Below, in pieces: positions 37,111-45,775 of a stretch of DNA of 64,000 nt. The notes under the pieces were generated by a model that saw nothing but the letters and a program-made list of their open reading frames with translations, had not been told where the DNA came from and ran no database searches. Numbering within the stretch: the stretch's first letter is position 1; each line of letters begins with the position of its first letter. The DNA lies in the IMG/VR virus record IMGVR_UViG_3300037116_000299, positions 124,001-188,000 of that record. One strand, 5' to 3'. A program made the translations under genes and the position numbers.

Positions 37111-38870
37111 TGCCCCTGATGGCGCCCACGCCCATTGCGATGGCGAATCGTGGTAACACGGTCACCAACAGCAACACCGTTGCGGCTACGACACTCACCA
37201 TGTCTATCGCCAACAACAGTGTGGGTGTGAACGGGGGCAACTCCGTGGGCGGAAATGTATTGATGGTAGCGGCTATCGCTATCTACACGGCCAGTGTGAC
37301 GGTCTCCTCCATCACCCCCGGAGCGAACCTCTTCACCGGATGGACATTTCAAGGAGCAAGCACCGAACCCGGCTCAGGCGTCCGCATTGAACTGTGGACG
37401 ACGCCTTGTGTCCTCGGGGCTGGAACAGCCAACTCGACCATCAACTTCAGTTCAGCCGCTCTGGCCTCTGTGTCCGTGACCAGCTACACGGAACCTTACG
37501 ACTACCCCTCGTCGCCTCTGGTGAACAGCGGTTTGTACAACAACACCAACGGCATCACCACCGGTGTTCACGTTGAGACCATCTCTCCCGCAGCCTTCAC
37601 AGCGGGAAACCTGATTATCATGAGTATGCAAGCGACTCCGACCCCCACCAGCGTCACGGACAGTGTAGGTACCACATACACTTTGGTCAACACCGGTTCC
37701 TACAATGCCTATGGTGCTAACCTCTACGTCGCCGTGTTCGCCGGTATCGCCGCAGGTTCCTCCGCGTCTCCCACGGTGACGATGCACTTCGGGGCCAGCA
37801 GTGGTGTCTATCGCTACTACGTGAGCCAGTGGGCCGGGGTCACCGCAACGGTGGACACAACGAACGCTGTAGGAGTCCCGTCTCTTGGCGGGGCTGCGAT
37901 GAACACTATCAACGTCACCACGACCAATGCCAATGACCTCATTCACACCGTGCTTGCCATGTATGGTGGGAACCCGACCGTGTTGAGTCAATATCCGGGC
38001 AACGGCGTCATTGGTAGTTTTGAAGGCGCCAGAATTGTAAACAGTACGGGAACCTACCCGACCTACTGGACAAACAACAACTCAAGTATGGCGGTCACCA
38101 CCGCGTTCAAGGTATCTCCGACGTACACTCCGACCGCCGCGCCAACACCGCGTGTCGTAACGGCTCACAGTGCTGCAAGCACTGGTTTTTATGCTGAACT
38201 GGACAACACCCCCCAGTACGGGGGAAACATGATGGTCACCGCGTATGCGGTGGCTACCAACTCAGGAGATACATTCGCGGGTGCGGTTGGTACGCTTCGA
38301 ACTTCGGTGACACCTACGGTGACATCCGCTGCTGCTGTCCTCATGGAGAATGGGCCAACTAGCACCATCGCCAGTATGCGTACTCAGTTGAGGATGTCGT
38401 CCCAACGGGCATGGGCTGCTATCAGCTTTGAACTGGTGGCCGCTAACGGCACCTACACGCTGAATGCCAACCCGCTCGTTCAGTCCAACCACATAGGTCA
38501 ATCTGAAACGGCCAAGTACCAAGTGAAGTCCACCGACATAATCGAGAAGTACATGGTTCCGTCTCAGAATGGAAGTAGCTCCGGACTCTATCTGTTTGCT
38601 CAGGCTCTCGCCAGCGCTACCCTTGGCATTGCGTACTCAGAAACGATCTTTGCTACCGGAGGTTCCAGCCCCTATGCACTCACGGTTCTGTCCGGGACTC
38701 TGCCTCCTGGTCTGTCCTTGAACTCAGGCACTGGTGTGATTTCCGGTACACCTACAACGGCAGGTACGTACGGTTTCACGCTCAAGGCAATTGACTCGCT
38801 GCGCAACACTACGACTTGCACGTTCCAGATCCTGACGATTGCATCGACCAACAGCGGATTCGTGAACTAA
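37110..38870 (+). CDS. Thr/Ser-rich beta protein with C-terminal putative Ig (He_PIG-like) domain (586 aa)
   Basis: ATLGIAYSETIFATGGSSPYALTVLSGTLPPGLSLNSGTGVISGTPTTAGTYGFTLKAIDS. Confidence 0.75.
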   Translation: MPLMAPTPIAMANRGNTVTNSNTVAATTLTMSIANNSVGVNGGNSVGGNVLMVAAIAIYTASVTVSSITPGANLFTGWTFQGASTEPGSGVRIELWTTPCVLGAGTANSTINFSSAALASVSVTSYTEPYDYPSSPLVNSGLYNNTNGITTGVHVETISPAAFTAGNLIIMSMQATPTPTSVTDSVGTTYTLVNTGSYNAYGANLYVAVFAGIAAGSSASPTVTMHFGASSGVYRYYVSQWAGVTATVDTTNAVGVPSLGGAAMNTINVTTTNANDLIHTVLAMYGGNPTVLSQYPGNGVIGSFEGARIVNSTGTYPTYWTNNNSSMAVTTAFKVSPTYTPTAAPTPRVVTAHSAASTGFYAELDNTPQYGGNMMVTAYAVATNSGDTFAGAVGTLRTSVTPTVTSAAAVLMENGPTSTIASMRTQLRMSSQRAWAAISFELVAANGTYTLNANPLVQSNHIGQSETAKYQVKSTDIIEKYMVPSQNGSSSGLYLFAQALASATLGIAYSETIFATGGSSPYALTVLSGTLPPGLSLNSGTGVISGTPTTAGTYGFTLKAIDSLRNTTTCTFQILTIASTNSGFVN

Positions 38871-39940
38871 GCCACTTGGATCTTGGTCTTGAGGACCGCG
38901 ATCCAAGGCTGCATCCATCCCGTATCGCGCGAGTTCCGTTCGATCGCGGCCAGCGTCCTGTCCGCGAGTCCGATCCTTCCGGTTTGAATCGCAGCAAAGG
39001 CAAACTCGTACGGCATTAGGTGCTGGTAGATGGTGGCATCGATGAACAACCGATCTTCCTTCGGATAGGGGAAGTCGTGGCCCCAGACCGAAGCATAGAA
39101 GAATGCCATCCGCGGCTCATCGATCGCCCGGTAATGCTGGACGATTTCATAGATCGGCTCAATGCGCGTCGGCCGATATTGGTAAGCCTTGAGGAATAGG
39201 GGCAGCACGGTCGCCTCCCAATCCTCTCCCAGGCGCATGGCCATCCGGCCCTTCTGATACATGGCGTACCAGCGTTCCTCGTCGAAGCCTTCAAGCAGCA
39301 CGCGTCGCCCATACCAGTATTCGGCGGGCCCATAGTGGCCGAAGTCCTTGTAGGACTGGGCCAGATAGAAGAGGCTCCGCGGATTGGTCGGATCTTCGAT
39401 CACAGCCTTGGTCAACAGGCAGATGTCGCGTTCGAACTTGTCCGTACGCATTGCTCCATCCGCCAGGTGAGTCAGGCTGATGTCGTGGATCTGCTCAAAG
39501 CGCAGCGCCGTCGGCGACGTGATGTATTCGTGGGTGACCCCGACATAGTTCCACTCGTGGCGCGACGACACCAGCATGGTCTGGGTGTAGTCGAGCGACC
39601 CTTCGTAGCGCAACTCATACGCATCCGCGGTCAGCTTTTCCTTGAATGGAGCCCGAACATTCAACACCATGTCCGCATCCATGATCAGCATGTAATCAGT
39701 CTTCGCCCGAGCGAGCCGTACGAGTTGCGTGCGATTGGCCCCGAAATTCACCCATGGGACTTCAATCAGATCCCCCGGCAGGCTCCCCAGTACGTCGAGC
39801 ACGATCGCCTGGGTGCCATCTGTCGACCCTGTGTCGCAAACGATCCAGGAATCGATCCATGGCTTCGCGGACTCTAGGGCGCGCCGAACGACTGCGCTCT
39901 CATTCTTCACCATCATGGCCAGGCAAACAGTTGGTTTCAT
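38867..39940 (-). CDS. Family-2 glycosyltransferase with C-terminal TPR-like region (357 aa)
   Basis: VCLAMMVKNE, IVCDTGSTDGT, WVNFGANR, LIMDAD (DxD), GVTHE; RSLFYLAQSYKD TPR-like helices. Confidence 0.9.
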   Translation of the reverse strand: MKPTVCLAMMVKNESAVVRRALESAKPWIDSWIVCDTGSTDGTQAIVLDVLGSLPGDLIEVPWVNFGANRTQLVRLARAKTDYMLIMDADMVLNVRAPFKEKLTADAYELRYEGSLDYTQTMLVSSRHEWNYVGVTHEYITSPTALRFEQIHDISLTHLADGAMRTDKFERDICLLTKAVIEDPTNPRSLFYLAQSYKDFGHYGPAEYWYGRRVLLEGFDEERWYAMYQKGRMAMRLGEDWEATVLPLFLKAYQYRPTRIEPIYEIVQHYRAIDEPRMAFFYASVWGHDFPYPKEDRLFIDATIYQHLMPYEFAFAAIQTGRIGLADRTLAAIERNSRDTGWMQPWIAVLKTKIQVA

Positions 39941-39946
39941 ATCGCC

Positions 39947-39977
39947 ATCATTCCATTGGCGAAAGTAGGTACCAAAG
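39947..39977 (-). promoter_or_regulatory. Class A putative phage promoter on the minus strand (CTTTGGTAC ... AATGAT), probably leaderless
   Basis: Hexamer at +25 and SD-less ATG at +37, both shifted by one base relative to the +24/+36 sites. Confidence 0.65.
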
Positions 39978-39994
39978 ACTAGACCCGCCGTCTT

Positions 39995-40004
39995 CCTATA
40001 CTAG
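39995..40004 (+). promoter_or_regulatory. Class B putative late promoter CCTATACTAG
   Basis: Back-to-back with the class A site; followed by ATAGCT as at 16191. Confidence 0.7.
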
Positions 40005-40058
40005 ATAGCTCCAGGAGCCTTTTATTGCGGCTCTACTCCGACAACAGGATGTCCAACC

Positions 40059-40343
40059 ATGAGTCTTTCGTCCTCAGATGAGAAGGAAATGCTTCTCAAA
40101 GTACGAGACATCCATGCCGTATTCATCGGCATCGAGGGTCAACCAGGGCGCTTTGCCACCCTTTCCAACACCGTAGAAGGACACGGCCGCCAGCTCGGCA
40201 GGCTTCAGAAGTTCCAGTGGGCGTTGACCGGTATGGGCGTCGTCATTGGCTATCTCTTCTATCATCTGGCCGGAGTTCTCGGCGCGGTTGACGCGCTGAA
40301 GAAGATCTCCTTCGTTCACACCGTCTTCCTTTCCAGGACCTAA
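40059..40343 (+). CDS. Small membrane protein, coiled coil plus TM helix (94 aa)
   Basis: FQWALTGMGVVIGYLFYHLAGVLGAV; holin-like architecture. Confidence 0.6.
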   Translation: MSLSSSDEKEMLLKVRDIHAVFIGIEGQPGRFATLSNTVEGHGRQLGRLQKFQWALTGMGVVIGYLFYHLAGVLGAVDALKKISFVHTVFLSRT

Positions 40344-40889
40344 ATGGCGACTGTTGGCCAATCCCGGTTGATTCAGTTCTGGATCGCCGATGTTGCCAGT
40401 GTTCCGATCACCACCTGCACGCTGTCCAGTTTCGCCATCTCCTTTACGCGGGATGGCGCAGCCTGTGCTGATGGTCTGAGCCTTGTAAACAATGGTGCCG
40501 GCAGTTACTGCCTGCAGTACACCCCAACGGCCGCCGGTCGCGATGCGGTGACGATCGATGATACTGTCAACGATCTCTACTACTGCGACATCGAGCCCAT
40601 TGTGTTGGTTGGGTCAGATGGTCTGGACCTCGTGACCGTGACCCAGGACTACGGCGGAGTGGGCGCGCTCCTGCCAAGCGCTCCGCAGCTTGCGACGTTT
40701 ACCCTCTACGCCTACTTCTATTCCGACTGGTCGGTGGGCAACAACGACCCGTCCTACGCCCTGGCTTCTTATCAACTCGATAGTTCCGGTGCCTGGAGCC
40801 TGACGCTTGTTCCCGGCACCTACACTCTGGTGCTCACGAACAACATCGGAACCACGATCGTCTTTCAGCCAAGTCTGGTGGTCGCCTAA
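40344..40889 (+). CDS. Putative virion structural protein (181 aa)
   Basis: Beta-rich; neck-region position. Confidence 0.6.
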   Translation: MATVGQSRLIQFWIADVASVPITTCTLSSFAISFTRDGAACADGLSLVNNGAGSYCLQYTPTAAGRDAVTIDDTVNDLYYCDIEPIVLVGSDGLDLVTVTQDYGGVGALLPSAPQLATFTLYAYFYSDWSVGNNDPSYALASYQLDSSGAWSLTLVPGTYTLVLTNNIGTTIVFQPSLVVA

Positions 40890-40892
40890 GTC

Positions 40893-41630
40893 ATGCAGAG
40901 CAATCTCGTATTCCACATCGCGATCCCGCGCGGGCTCAAACTGAAGAACGGCGCGACACTGATGAAGGACGTCACCTTCGACCTCATCAGTCAGCTCACT
41001 CCGTTTTACTCGAGTGTGGACCTGGTGCGCCTGGGCGGCGGACCTGCGATCGCCAAGCTCTCCGACATCACCCTGGCTTGCCAGATCTTCCAGGCCAGTC
41101 TGAAAGCAGACCTGATCTCACCCAACCATCATCCCTGGTTCGGGCCGCAGTTCAAACGTTTCCTTGGCGCCCGGATGCAGTGGACCACAGCAGTCGCCAC
41201 CCGCGACCTGATGCTGAACATCGTTTCCCTGCTGGGCCCGAGCGCGCACGTGTTGGCCAACTTCTCCGCCGATCGCAAGACCGACCTCAAACAGCCCCTG
41301 TCCCAGATCGCCGGCGACATCAAGAGCTACGAGGTTGCGGTCCGCAGCGGCGGCCGTACAGTTCCGGGCGGCCGGCCCACCTTCCACTTTGCTGCCAAGG
41401 GAGTCATGGACTGGGGCGAACGCACCCCCGGGCGATCCTGGAGCGGGAACGGTATGGGTGCAAACGCCACCTCGATTGATCCCGGGTCCGCCACCGGCGG
41501 CCGCGGCAAGCCGGTCAAGTTCTTCGCATCCCCCATCTGCTCGCCGCCCTTCTCCGCGATGCGGTCTGGCATCTACCAGCCGGGCTATCCTCTGGCTCCA
41601 ACGTCGATGTCCTCGTCGGGGTACTACTAA
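40893..41630 (+). CDS. Putative head-tail adaptor/neck protein (245 aa)
   Basis: Position before closure and terminator-like genes; helical N-terminal domain. Confidence 0.5.
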   Translation: MQSNLVFHIAIPRGLKLKNGATLMKDVTFDLISQLTPFYSSVDLVRLGGGPAIAKLSDITLACQIFQASLKADLISPNHHPWFGPQFKRFLGARMQWTTAVATRDLMLNIVSLLGPSAHVLANFSADRKTDLKQPLSQIAGDIKSYEVAVRSGGRTVPGGRPTFHFAAKGVMDWGERTPGRSWSGNGMGANATSIDPGSATGGRGKPVKFFASPICSPPFSAMRSGIYQPGYPLAPTSMSSSGYY

Positions 41631-41632
41631 GC

Positions 41633-42214
41633 ATGGATTTCTACGGCAACATGAGCATGGTCCCGGACATCCGGGAAGAGCTGCACGCAGTCATTCACGG
41701 CCGGGCGGATGTTACACCCCAGGGCCGCGGAGTTGTCCTGCGCCGGCTCAGCAATACACCGTGCGCCTGCTGGGACCCGGTCACAGGCGGCAGCAAGCGC
41801 CCCAACTGCCCGTACTGCAAGGGTGAGGGTTGGCAGTTCATCGAGACCCAGGAAACGATGGCGATCTACCGCGGCGTCGCCCCGGTCTATAAGCCGGGTG
41901 TGCTGGCCACCGGCCAGTATCCCCAGGCGGGTATGGGCTATACCGATACCAACCGCGCAACCGCCTACGTCGAGTTCTTCCGCACAGACGGCAGCGAGGT
42001 CTATCCGAACTACGAACGCTACACGCTGCAGGAGGCCAAGGCCTACGACAAGCTCTACGAGCTGAAGGTCGACCACGAAGGCGAGCTGGTCATCGATCTC
42101 ACCGGACACTTCGTCCGGACGGTCAAATGGAAGGTCCTGTCGGTGGTTCCCACGCACGGAGATCACGGTCGAATCGAGTTCTTCGAGCTTGGCCTCGAGA
42201 AGGAGAACGCCTAA
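41633..42214 (+). CDS. Putative head-closure/neck protein with Zn finger (193 aa)
   Basis: CACW...CPYCKGEGW; position. Confidence 0.55.
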   Translation: MDFYGNMSMVPDIREELHAVIHGRADVTPQGRGVVLRRLSNTPCACWDPVTGGSKRPNCPYCKGEGWQFIETQETMAIYRGVAPVYKPGVLATGQYPQAGMGYTDTNRATAYVEFFRTDGSEVYPNYERYTLQEAKAYDKLYELKVDHEGELVIDLTGHFVRTVKWKVLSVVPTHGDHGRIEFFELGLEKENA

Positions 42215-42257
42215 ATGCGCGTGATCAAGTGGTGAATCACCGGTAGAGGTGTGTCTT

Positions 42258-42267
42258 CCTATACTAG
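42258..42267 (+). promoter_or_regulatory. Class B putative late promoter CCTATACTAG
   Basis: Intergenic, before the tail operon. Confidence 0.7.
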
Positions 42268-42307
42268 ACAGAGGTGGCCGGGTAAACCTCCCGCGAGAGG
42301 ACCGCAC

Positions 42308-42973
42308 ATGTCTGCAATCGTGCACCCCTCGATGATCCCTCCGCCACTGCGTTCCAGCAAGCCTGCTGTGGACATCAATGGTTTCTTCCAGATCGTCGGG
42401 CAGGCGCTGACCAATTACGTCACCACCGAGGGACTTCCCCAGGGAGTCACTCCCTTCTACGTTGAGGATTTCCCTAAGGAGCGCCTCTCCCAGCCGGATA
42501 CCCCGTTCGACGGATTCACCTTCCACGTCGTGGATGGTGAGATGGCAACCACTTCGAACCTGGGCAACGCCCCACGCCAACCCGCTCTGCGCGAGACGCG
42601 CGTGATGAACGAGCTGACCGGTTACAACGAGGTCACGCTGGGCTGGTGGGAGAACTACACGGTCATCTTTGAGACCTGGTCGAAGTCCAATGGGACCGCC
42701 AACGATTTGTGCATGTGGTTTCACCGTTTCCTGATTCGGTATGCCTATTTCTACAAGGTCTTCGAAGCCTACGGGGTCAAGCAACTCCGATTCCTGAAGC
42801 GGCTCGAAGACACCGTGGAACTCAAGGAAAACCAGGAGTTGTACAAGCGTCAGTACGCCTACACCTTCCGGCTTGAATATCTCGACACCTTTGTCGAACG
42901 CCAACTCACCGACCTGACGGTCAATGTAAGCATCGGGCGGAACATTCAGACGATCGAAGTTCCTGCCACCTAA
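42308..42973 (+). CDS. Putative tail completion/terminator protein (221 aa)
   Basis: Start at MSAIVH behind GAGAGGA; FETWSKSN..ANDL..WF, LYKRQYAYTFRLE; directly before the sheath. Confidence 0.55.
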   Translation: MSAIVHPSMIPPPLRSSKPAVDINGFFQIVGQALTNYVTTEGLPQGVTPFYVEDFPKERLSQPDTPFDGFTFHVVDGEMATTSNLGNAPRQPALRETRVMNELTGYNEVTLGWWENYTVIFETWSKSNGTANDLCMWFHRFLIRYAYFYKVFEAYGVKQLRFLKRLEDTVELKENQELYKRQYAYTFRLEYLDTFVERQLTDLTVNVSIGRNIQTIEVPAT

Positions 42974-43030
42974 GCCCCGCACCTGTAGCGAACAGACTGT
43001 CAGTTCGCCCGATCCACGAGGAGAAATCGA

Positions 43031-44878
43031 ATGTACAACAATCTGCCTGGGATTCTGGTCAACACCGTTGATGGCGGCCTCGCCGTTCAGCGGCAGCCGG
43101 TGGCCGACTCCACTCTTGTCATCAGCACGTCCGGCCAGGGCGTCGCCAACCAGCCTTACCAGGTTGTCGATCGCACCAAAGCGGCTCTCGAATTCGGACT
43201 GCAGGGCAACCTGATCCGGGGCATGGAAGAGGCTGCATCGAATTCCGACAACCTGATCCTGTTCCGCATGGGTACCGCTCCGATGACCCTCACTGGCATC
43301 GGCGCAGATTCCACCCCGGGCGCTTTGACTGCAGGCTTCGGTTTGGAGTTCGGCCAGGTTCAGGCCACCGCCGCGACCGACTACAAGGTCTGGTACAAGG
43401 CCGGTGTGCTCGCCGTTTACTTCGGCGAGGCTCTGATCTATTCCAACGACCCGCTGCAGACGACCGACAACGGCGACCTCACCATCGACGGCTTGATCGC
43501 CGGCAATGCAGGTCTGCAGATCGGTACCGGAGCCAGCGCGACCCTCGCCAATGCCATCACGGTTCAGGCCGCAGCGGCTCTGGCAGGCGTAGCCCATCAG
43601 GCGGCTCCGACGCTGACCGCGTGCGTAACCGGCCTCGGCCTCACCGGCCGCCAGCAGTTCGTCGCCTTGCTCAAGGCGCTCGACTTGCTCCAGGGCTTCC
43701 AGGTCAAACAGATTGTGGTTCCGGAGGCGCTCTTCAATGCGCCGAACGTGGCCTTCTATGTCGCAGGCGACGCTACCACGTCCCTCAACAACCCGGTCAC
43801 CAACCCGAGTGCGCTCGACTGGCTCAAAACCTCAGCCGATGCGTATGGCAACCTCACGTTCCAGTGGGCGTCCGAGACAACGGACTCGAACGGAACAGCG
43901 GTTGCTGCCTTCGCCGGTGTGACCCTTGCGTCGCGCAAGGCCGCGGGCTTCTCCGAAGTCAACTGGGGCTACACCCTCGCCAACTTCTGCGCGTCGGTGA
44001 GCATGCTCGGCAACGAGTGCATTGGCTTCATCGGCACGACTGGCCCTGCTTCCTACAAGCTGGTCGATGTGCGCAAGTGGGTGGGTTACCTGCCCAAGTA
44101 CGACGCCAACGGAGTTGTGACCACGGCCGGTGCAGGCCTGCTCGGCATCGCCTACACGGCGGGCACGGACACCGCGCATCTGAATCCCCTGTGTGTCGAC
44201 TTTGCTTCCGGTTCGCGCAAGCCTGGCTTCTTCCAGACGGCGAGCGGACAGTACGATGATGCCGCGGAACAGGACATCAACCAGAATCCGATCGACATCG
44301 GCGCCTACCTGCATGTGGTTGCAGACCAGGCCATTCTTTCGAATGGCTTTGCCACCAACTATGTCAGCAACATCGCGACGTTCGTTGCCGGTATCTGCGG
44401 CATGCTCGACGAGAAGCGCGCACTGACCAACCTGTCGGTCTCCGGCATTCAGCAGCTGCCGGGCCTGACCTACACACCCGGCCAGCTCGATGCGCTCACC
44501 CAGGTCAACATCAACGTGCTCAAGACCAAGACCACCGGTCCGGCGCTGTTGCATGACAAGACCTGCGCCACCGATGCCAGCGACTACACCCAGGTGCTGC
44601 GCGTCCGCATCAAGGGCCTGGTGGTTGCCACCATGCTTGCGATCGGCGACCCCTTCGTGGGAGCCAGCTCGCTCGACGGTCTCCAGCTCACCTCGCTGAA
44701 GACGGCGTTGGACACCGGACTCTCCGAACTGTCCAAGCGTGGCTACATCAACAGCCCCAGCGTGGTCATCAAGACCACAGCGGCTGAACAGCGCATCGGT
44801 CACGCCGACCTGTTCCTGAAGTTCCACCCGGCCGACCAGATGGTGCAGCTCAACGCCTATGTGGGCCTGACCCGCTAA
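43031..44878 (+). CDS. Contractile tail sheath protein (615 aa)
   Basis: MYNNLPGILVNTVDGGL start; C-terminal QLDALTQVNINVL...YTQVLRVRIKGLVV...IGDPFVG...LKTALD..L..L...G..., LKFHPADQMVQLNAYV. Confidence 0.85.
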   Translation: MYNNLPGILVNTVDGGLAVQRQPVADSTLVISTSGQGVANQPYQVVDRTKAALEFGLQGNLIRGMEEAASNSDNLILFRMGTAPMTLTGIGADSTPGALTAGFGLEFGQVQATAATDYKVWYKAGVLAVYFGEALIYSNDPLQTTDNGDLTIDGLIAGNAGLQIGTGASATLANAITVQAAAALAGVAHQAAPTLTACVTGLGLTGRQQFVALLKALDLLQGFQVKQIVVPEALFNAPNVAFYVAGDATTSLNNPVTNPSALDWLKTSADAYGNLTFQWASETTDSNGTAVAAFAGVTLASRKAAGFSEVNWGYTLANFCASVSMLGNECIGFIGTTGPASYKLVDVRKWVGYLPKYDANGVVTTAGAGLLGIAYTAGTDTAHLNPLCVDFASGSRKPGFFQTASGQYDDAAEQDINQNPIDIGAYLHVVADQAILSNGFATNYVSNIATFVAGICGMLDEKRALTNLSVSGIQQLPGLTYTPGQLDALTQVNINVLKTKTTGPALLHDKTCATDASDYTQVLRVRIKGLVVATMLAIGDPFVGASSLDGLQLTSLKTALDTGLSELSKRGYINSPSVVIKTTAAEQRIGHADLFLKFHPADQMVQLNAYVGLTR

Positions 44879-44914
44879 GTAGTCCCTCCCTCCGCCGGCA
44901 AACCTGCCGCGGCT

Positions 44915-44949
44915 CAGCTCCCGTGAGGTCGCCCGATCTCCGGGAGCTG
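44915..44949 (+). other. 15-bp RNA stem-loop after the sheath gene, no U-tract
   Basis: CAGCTCCCG-T-GAGGTC-GCCC-GATCTC-CGGGAGCTG. Confidence 0.65.
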
Positions 44950-44987
44950 CGAATCCCTTCTGACTTCATCCTTCCAAGGAGTTCTCC

Positions 44988-45686
44988 ATGTCCAGTGCTC
45001 TCGGCGGTGTACTCGCCAGCGAAATCAGCCGTTCCTACAATTCGTTCGCAGGTTCGGACATCAAGGCGGTAATTGGCCAGTTCCAGTTCGCCGAGCTGCA
45101 GGCGATCAGCTACTCCATCACCCGCGAGAAGGCCCCGGTCTACACCCTGGGCAGCGCCGATGTGCGCGCCTACTCGCGCAACAAGCGCGGCATTGCCGGC
45201 TCCCTCATCTGGATCAACTTCGATCGCCACGCTCTGTTGAATCTCATTCAGCAGGCCGCCGGCACCTTCGTCGCCGATGCAGACGAGATTCGCCCGCAGT
45301 ACACCGACGTGTCCAACGGCTCCGCGGTCTTCCAGTCCTCGGTCATTCGTGACATGGGCCCCTCGATCAGTTCCACGATCAATGCTCTCGATCAGCAGAC
45401 CATCAACACGGTCGGCGCGACCAATGAGCTGGCGACCCCGTGGTATTCGGATCAGATTCTGCCGTTCGATGTAACGCTCGCTGGCGCAAATGAGTACGGC
45501 GCCATGTGTGCGGCCAAGATCTTCGGCCTCGAAATCCTCAACGAGGGTTCCGGGATCTCGATCGACGATGCGGTTACCGAGATGCAGGCGACCTTCGTTG
45601 CCCGTGTGGTCGAACCGATGGCCGCCGTGTCCAGTCCGTTCCAGCCGTCCACCGGCATTGGCGGTTCGGCTCTGACGCGCGCGTAA
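44988..45686 (+). CDS. Tail tube protein (232 aa)
   Basis: After the sheath, AAGGAG RBS; SFAGSDI...ELQAISYSITREKAPVYTLGS..RAYSRNKRGIAGSLIW. Confidence 0.75.
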   Translation: MSSALGGVLASEISRSYNSFAGSDIKAVIGQFQFAELQAISYSITREKAPVYTLGSADVRAYSRNKRGIAGSLIWINFDRHALLNLIQQAAGTFVADADEIRPQYTDVSNGSAVFQSSVIRDMGPSISSTINALDQQTINTVGATNELATPWYSDQILPFDVTLAGANEYGAMCAAKIFGLEILNEGSGISIDDAVTEMQATFVARVVEPMAAVSSPFQPSTGIGGSALTRA

Positions 45687-45707
45687 TCGTTTCTCCTCAA
45701 TCTCCAT

Positions 45708-45764
45708 ACGGGCAGTTTCAGCCTTTGGCTCTTTGTTCCTTTCTGCCATGCTGAAGCTGCCCGT
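45708..45764 (+). terminator. 15-bp stem with a large pyrimidine-rich loop and U-rich tail after the tube gene
   Basis: ACGGGCAGTTTCAGC ... GCTGAAGCTGCCCGT then TTCTTT. Confidence 0.55.
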
Positions 45765-45775
45765 TTCTTTATTCC

